Notes under the pieces: model-generated
Databases searched by the model: none
What the model was told of the DNA's origin: nothing
Seen by the model: the letters and a program-made list of their open reading frames with translations, nothing else
Made by a program: the position numbers and the translations under genes
NCBI GenBank assembly: GCA_030684935.1
Contig: JAUXXH010000021.1
Coordinates: 36,974 to 100,973 of the forward strand
DNA length: 64,000 nt
Direction: 5' to 3'
Origin: Pseudolabrys sp.
GTDB taxonomy: Bacteria > Pseudomonadota > Alphaproteobacteria > Rhizobiales > Xanthobacteraceae
Shown: piece after piece, positions 59,716 through 64,000 of the stretch
Numbering within the stretch: the first letter of the stretch is position 1
Layout of the letters: each line of letters starts with the position of its first letter

Positions 59716-60536
59716 TACTCGAGCTTGCCGACGGCGAAATCAGGCGCGTCGGGATGCTTGATGCCGACGACGTGGTAGCCGGCATCGACGTGCATGATCT
59801 CGCCGGTCACGCCGCTCGACAGGTCGGACAGGAAGAACACGCCGGCCTTGCCGACATCGTCGAGGCTGACGTTCCGCCGCAACGGCGTATTATATTCGTT
59901 CCATTTCAGGATATAGCGGAAGTCGCCGATGCCGGACGCCGCCAAAGTCTTGATCGGTCCGGCCGAGATTGCGTTGACGCGGATGTTCTTGACGCCGAGA
60001 TCGGCCGCCATATAGCGCACCGAGGATTCCAGCGCGGCCTTGGCCAGACCCATCACGTTGTAATGCGGCATCCACTTTTCGGCGCCGTAATAGGTCAGCG
60101 TCAGCAGCGAACCGCCACTGGTCATCAGCTTCTCGGCGCGCTGCGCGATCGCGGTGAACGAATAGCAGCTGATCATCATCGTCTTGGTGAAATTGTCTTC
60201 GGTGGTGTCGACGTAGCGGCCGTCAAGCTGGTCTTTGTCGGAGAAGGCGATGGCATGCACCAGAAAATCGAGCGAGCCCCAGGCCGACTGCACCGCGGCG
60301 AACACCGCGTCGAGCGAGGCCGGGTCGGTGACGTCGCAATGGCCGACCACCAGGCCGTCCACCTCTTCGGCCAGCGGCTCGACGCGCTTCTTCAGCGCCT
60401 CGCCCTGGTAGGTGAAAGCGAGATCGGCGCCGTGATCGCGGCAGGCGCGCGCAATGCCCCAGGCGATCGAGCGGTTGTTCGCCACGCCCATGATCAGCCC
60501 GCGTTTGCCGCGCATTATCCCTGAGATTTCAGCCAT
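59715..60536 (-). CDS. fabI: Enoyl-ACP reductase
   Basis: GVANNRSIAWGIA, YNVMGLAKAALE, ISAGPIKTLA. Confidence 0.95.
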   Translation of the reverse strand: MAEISGIMRGKRGLIMGVANNRSIAWGIARACRDHGADLAFTYQGEALKKRVEPLAEEVDGLVVGHCDVTDPASLDAVFAAVQSAWGSLDFLVHAIAFSDKDQLDGRYVDTTEDNFTKTMMISCYSFTAIAQRAEKLMTSGGSLLTLTYYGAEKWMPHYNVMGLAKAALESSVRYMAADLGVKNIRVNAISAGPIKTLAASGIGDFRYILKWNEYNTPLRRNVSLDDVGKAGVFFLSDLSSGVTGEIMHVDAGYHVVGIKHPDAPDFAVGKLE

Positions 60537-60653
60537 CAAACCGTCCCCGCCGTGGCCGGCGACCGCCGGCCGCTTCGTATGGCATAGGGTCCAAAGGCCA
60601 GCAAGCAAGTGCAGCGGCCGGGCCGCACGGCGCTGTTAATTCAGTAATTTCCC

Positions 60654-60678
60654 GGAATATCGGGTCGCTAAAGGGGTT
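60654..60678 (+). promoter_or_regulatory. Candidate ECF-sigma autoregulatory promoter
   Basis: GGAAT-N17-GTT about 100 bp upstream of the ECF sigma gene. Confidence 0.4.
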
Positions 60679-60776
60679 ATTCTGGGTGATCGCGGCTCCG
60701 CCGGCCGCGACCGCATGGTTCCCGATCGCGTCCGGCCGGGAGCCAAAGCGCACGGACAAAAAACAAGGGTACCAAC

Positions 60777-61268
60777 GTGGCCACGTTTCAGCAGGACGTT
60801 GAGGCGACGATCCCCGCTTTGCGCCGCTACGCGCGGGCCCTGACCCGGGACGCCGACATCGCCGACGATCTGGTGCAGGACACTTTGGTGCGGGCGCTGC
60901 GTTCGGAGCATCTGTTTCACGGCGGCGAGTTGCGGAGCTGGATGTACACCATCCTGACCAACCTCAACCGCAACCGGCTGCGGTCACTGGCGCGGCGGCC
61001 GGCGATGTCGTCGATCGACGACAACGACGCGCCGGATCTGGCCGGTCCGGAAGCCGGCGGCCGCGACATCGAGCGCGCGCTCGCCACGCTGGTGGAGGAC
61101 CAGCGCAACGCGTTGCTGCTGGTGGTGCTGGAAGGCCTCAGTTACCGCGAGGTCGCCACGGTGCAGGGCGTGCCGATCGGCACCGTGATGTCGCGGCTGG
61201 CGCGGGCGCGCGCGCAGATCAAGAATTATCTCGAGGGCGGGCGTCCGACGCTGCGCCGCGTGAAATGA
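60777..61268 (+). CDS. ECF RNA polymerase sigma factor
   Basis: ADDLVQDT, SWMYTI, GLSYREVA..VPIGTVMSRLARAR. Confidence 0.93.
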   Translation: MATFQQDVEATIPALRRYARALTRDADIADDLVQDTLVRALRSEHLFHGGELRSWMYTILTNLNRNRLRSLARRPAMSSIDDNDAPDLAGPEAGGRDIERALATLVEDQRNALLLVVLEGLSYREVATVQGVPIGTVMSRLARARAQIKNYLEGGRPTLRRVK

Positions 61269-61284
61269 CGGAGAAGGCAGAACC

Positions 61285-62088
61285 ATGATCGATCGTGAAT
61301 TGCCTGTGACCGAGGACGACTTGCACGCCTATGTCGACGGCGAATTGCCGGCCGGCCGCAAGGAGGCCGTCACCGCCTGGCTGGCCGCTCATCCCGAACA
61401 GGCCGCCTTGGTCGCCGCCTGGCAGGCACAGGGCGACGCCATCCGGACGCGCTACGGTGCGGTCGTCAACGAGACGCTGCCGATACGGCTCAAACTCGAC
61501 CAGGTGCTGCGAAACAGCCGCGCCGGCGGCCGGCCGTGGAAGGCGATGGCCGCAGCCGCCGCAGCCGCGATCTTCATGATCGGCGGCGCCACCGGCTGGA
61601 TGGCGCGTGGCGCGTCGGCGTCCGCGCCGGCCCCGGCGCCCAGTGTGTTCGAACGTTTCACCGCCGAGGCGCTGGAGGCTTACCGGCTCTACGTGGTCGA
61701 GGTGCGCCATCCGGTCGAGGTGCCGGGCAGCGAGCGCAAACACATGACGCAATGGCTGTCGAAACGGCTCGGCTACGAGCAGCGCATTCCCGATCTGCAA
61801 TCGATCGGGTTGCGACTGGTCGGCGGCCGGCTGTTGCCGGGGCCGACGGGCGCTGCGGCTTTCTATATGTATGAGGGGCCGAGCGGCGAGCGCTTCACCA
61901 TCTACTGCGCCCGGGTGGAAGCACCGGAAACGGCGCTGCGTTTCAAGGACGGCGAACGCGCCGCGGCATTCTACTGGGCCGATGACAACGCCGCTTATGT
62001 GGTCACCGGCCCGGCCAACCGCGAGCGGCTGGAGACGGTCACCAAGGCGATCTATGAACAGATGGAAGCCGGCACGAAAAAGTCGTGA
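61285..62088 (+). CDS. Transmembrane anti-sigma factor
   Basis: LHAYVDGEL, one TM helix, WLSKRLG, LVGGRLLP; directly downstream of the ECF sigma. Confidence 0.88.
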   Translation: MIDRELPVTEDDLHAYVDGELPAGRKEAVTAWLAAHPEQAALVAAWQAQGDAIRTRYGAVVNETLPIRLKLDQVLRNSRAGGRPWKAMAAAAAAAIFMIGGATGWMARGASASAPAPAPSVFERFTAEALEAYRLYVVEVRHPVEVPGSERKHMTQWLSKRLGYEQRIPDLQSIGLRLVGGRLLPGPTGAAAFYMYEGPSGERFTIYCARVEAPETALRFKDGERAAAFYWADDNAAYVVTGPANRERLETVTKAIYEQMEAGTKKS

Positions 62089-62107
62089 GCGCGCCTCACT
62101 GAGAGGA

Positions 62108-63088
62108 TCAAGATAAATCCTTGCGCGGATCGTAGGGACTGTCGGCGCGCCACTTTTCCATCAACTGCTTGAATTCGTCATCGACCCGGTCCGGCAGCAC
62201 CACACGCACCGTGGCCAGCAGATCGCCTTTGGCGCTCTTGGTCGCGAGGCCCTTGCCCTTGAGGCGGAAGGTCCGCCCGGAATTGGTGCCGGCCGGAATC
62301 GCCAGGTCGACCGCGCCGTCGAGCGTCGGCACGCGAACTTTGCCGCCGAGCACCGCCTCATAGAGCGTCACCGGCAAATCGAGCCGCAGGTCGGCGCCAT
62401 CCGGCGTGAACAGCGGATGCGCCCCGACGGTCACGGTGATGATGGCGTCGCCGGCGCGGCCCGACGGCCCCGCCCAGCCCTGGCCCTTCAGCCGGATTTG
62501 CTGGCCGCTGGTCAGCCCGGCCGGAATCTTGACCTCGACCTCCTTGCCGGTCGGCAATTGCAGCCGGGTTTTCAAGCCCTTTGCCGCTTCCGGCAAGGAA
62601 ATGGTCAGCGTCGCCTGCAGATCCTGTCCGGCGCCGCCGCCACCCGGTGCGCCGAAATCCTGCGGTTCGAACCCACCGGCAGGACCGGCCCGGCCACCGA
62701 ACATGCCGCGCAGCAGGTCTTCGAAGCCGCCCCCGGCGCCACTGCCGGCGCGGCGCTGGAAGCCGTCCTGGCCGAACGAGAAGGTCTCGAACTGGCTGGC
62801 GTTCGGGCCGTAGCTTTGGCCGCGGCCCGGCTGCGCCCCGAAGCCTTCGAAGCCCTGGAACCGCGGCTTGCCCTCGGCGTCGATTTCGCCGTTGTCGAAC
62901 GCCTTGCGCTTCTTGTCGTCGCCGACGATTTCATAGGCCGCGTTCAGCTCGGCAAAGCGCGAGGCGGCCTTGGGGTCCGACTTGTTGGCGTCGGGGTGAT
63001 GCTTCTTGGCAAGCTTGCGGTAGGCGGCCTTGATTTCCGCCTCGTTCGCACCCTTGGAAACCCCCAATATGGTGTAGGGGTCGCGCAT
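62108..63088 (-). CDS. DnaJ-class co-chaperone lacking zinc finger (CbpA-like)
   Basis: DPYTILGV, HPD motif, G/F-rich region, C-terminal domain. Confidence 0.92.
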   Translation of the reverse strand: MRDPYTILGVSKGANEAEIKAAYRKLAKKHHPDANKSDPKAASRFAELNAAYEIVGDDKKRKAFDNGEIDAEGKPRFQGFEGFGAQPGRGQSYGPNASQFETFSFGQDGFQRRAGSGAGGGFEDLLRGMFGGRAGPAGGFEPQDFGAPGGGGAGQDLQATLTISLPEAAKGLKTRLQLPTGKEVEVKIPAGLTSGQQIRLKGQGWAGPSGRAGDAIITVTVGAHPLFTPDGADLRLDLPVTLYEAVLGGKVRVPTLDGAVDLAIPAGTNSGRTFRLKGKGLATKSAKGDLLATVRVVLPDRVDDEFKQLMEKWRADSPYDPRKDLS

Positions 63089-63202
63089 CCTGGCCAACTC
63101 CGTGAAAAATGCCCCTGTTCGCCGGCGGAACCGGCGACTCGCGAGCTTAATGTGGGGTTCCGGGGGTCCGGATGCAACGCAGGCCGCGCAACTTGGCCGT
63201 CG

Positions 63203-63700
63203 TCAGGAATTCTTCCAGGGCTTGAGCGCGCGCACTTCCCAGCCGCCCTTCTTCTCCCGGCAGGCTTCGCCCTGCATCCAGGATTGCGAGGTGCCGCTGA
63301 CATAGCTCGCCAGGAAATCCCGGCAGGTGCGGCCCTCAACCGTATAGGCGGAGGCAATCGGGGTGACGGTACCGCGCGCGCCGCTGGCCGGGTTTTCCCA
63401 GGGCATGCTGGCGTCCTTGCCGCCGCGCCGGAGCACCTCGCTCGCCGCCGCCCGCGTATAGGCCAGATCGGCGTCCGACGGCTGTACGCCGGTCTCCTTC
63501 GGCAGCGGCGCCGGAGCGATCGAGCCGGTATGGTCGTTTTTGTCGCCGTTGAACATCGAATCGAGCTGGAGCGACAGGCTGCAGCCGCCGCTGAAGCCGG
63601 CCGCCACAAGCACGGCCGCCAGCGTCGACGCACGCCATGGCCGCGGGCGCGCAGTTCCCCTATATACGACCCGACAGAAACTGGTCTCGCGACCGCTCAC
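63203..63700 (-). CDS. RT0821/Lpp0805 family surface lipoprotein (17 kDa antigen-like)
   Basis: Lipobox-like [24 protein letters not shown]; start uncertain. Confidence 0.75.
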   Translation of the reverse strand: MSGRETSFCRVVYRGTARPRPWRASTLAAVLVAAGFSGGCSLSLQLDSMFNGDKNDHTGSIAPAPLPKETGVQPSDADLAYTRAAASEVLRRGGKDASMPWENPASGARGTVTPIASAYTVEGRTCRDFLASYVSGTSQSWMQGEACREKKGGWEVRALKPWKNS

Positions 63701-63716
63701 CCGAACGCTCCCAACA

Positions 63717-64000
63717 ATGTCCGATACAACTCCGATTGAACACCCGACCTGGTTAACGAGTGGTGATTTCACCGCAGCGGACGAGCCTTTTCGTCTGTTT
63801 GCGGCGTGGCTTGAGGACGCGACCGCATCGGAACCGCGGGACCCGACCGCCATGACGATCGCCACCGTCGACAGCGACGGCATGCCGAACGCCCGCATGG
63901 TGCTGCTGAAGGGCGTCGATGATCGGGGATTCGTTTTCTACACCAACAAAGGCAGCCAAAAGGGGCAGGAGTTGGACGCCAACCCCAAGGCCGCGCTGGT
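63717..64000 (+). CDS. pdxH: Pyridoxamine 5'-phosphate oxidase (runs off window end)
   Basis: Manual translation: [43 protein letters not shown]. Confidence 0.93.
   Translation, partial: MSDTTPIEHPTWLTSGDFTAADEPFRLFAAWLEDATASEPRDPTAMTIATVDSDGMPNARMVLLKGVDDRGFVFYTNKGSQKGQELDANPKAAL

Noticed and set aside
58630-59778. 382-aa ORF spanning the Lys-rich gene
   Set aside because: Alternative-frame read-through across a terminator and an antisense gene; the 97-aa frame has the RBS and signal peptide

Overview
High-GC alphaproteobacterial chromosome segment; gene content and order suggest Hyphomicrobiales (Xanthobacteraceae/Bradyrhizobiaceae-like), which is an inference. A minus-strand tRNA-Gln(TTG) at 40075-40149 splits it in two. 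The left ~40 kb, facing the tRNA 3' end, is an integrase-less mosaic of catabolic modules. It holds six Bug/TctC binding proteins without TctAB, four 4,5-dihydroxyphthalate-decarboxylase-like paralogs, LigJ/LigK-like enzymes, two extradiol dioxygenases, a divergent DHDPS-family aldolase with a CocE hydrolase, a lone molybdoenzyme large subunit, a hydantoinase/oxoprolinase pair and an orphan GTA-type terminase pair. The right ~24 kb is core-like (xseB, dxs, tlyA, ribB, aroC, fabI, ECF sigma/anti-sigma, DnaJ-class protein, pdxH), with three families of REP-like palindromes. The best leads are: a shared 14-bp motif linking a GntR module to a YeiH sulfate-exporter gene, a tandem TGA-N6-TCA operator shared by two TetR paralogs, an operon with three decarboxylase-like paralogs, a frameshifted GIY-YIG nuclease bracketed by inverted REP-like units, and a secreted Lys-rich repeat protein. 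All calls were made by eye from motifs, with no database searches. Many starts were moved from the ORF track to RBS-supported codons.
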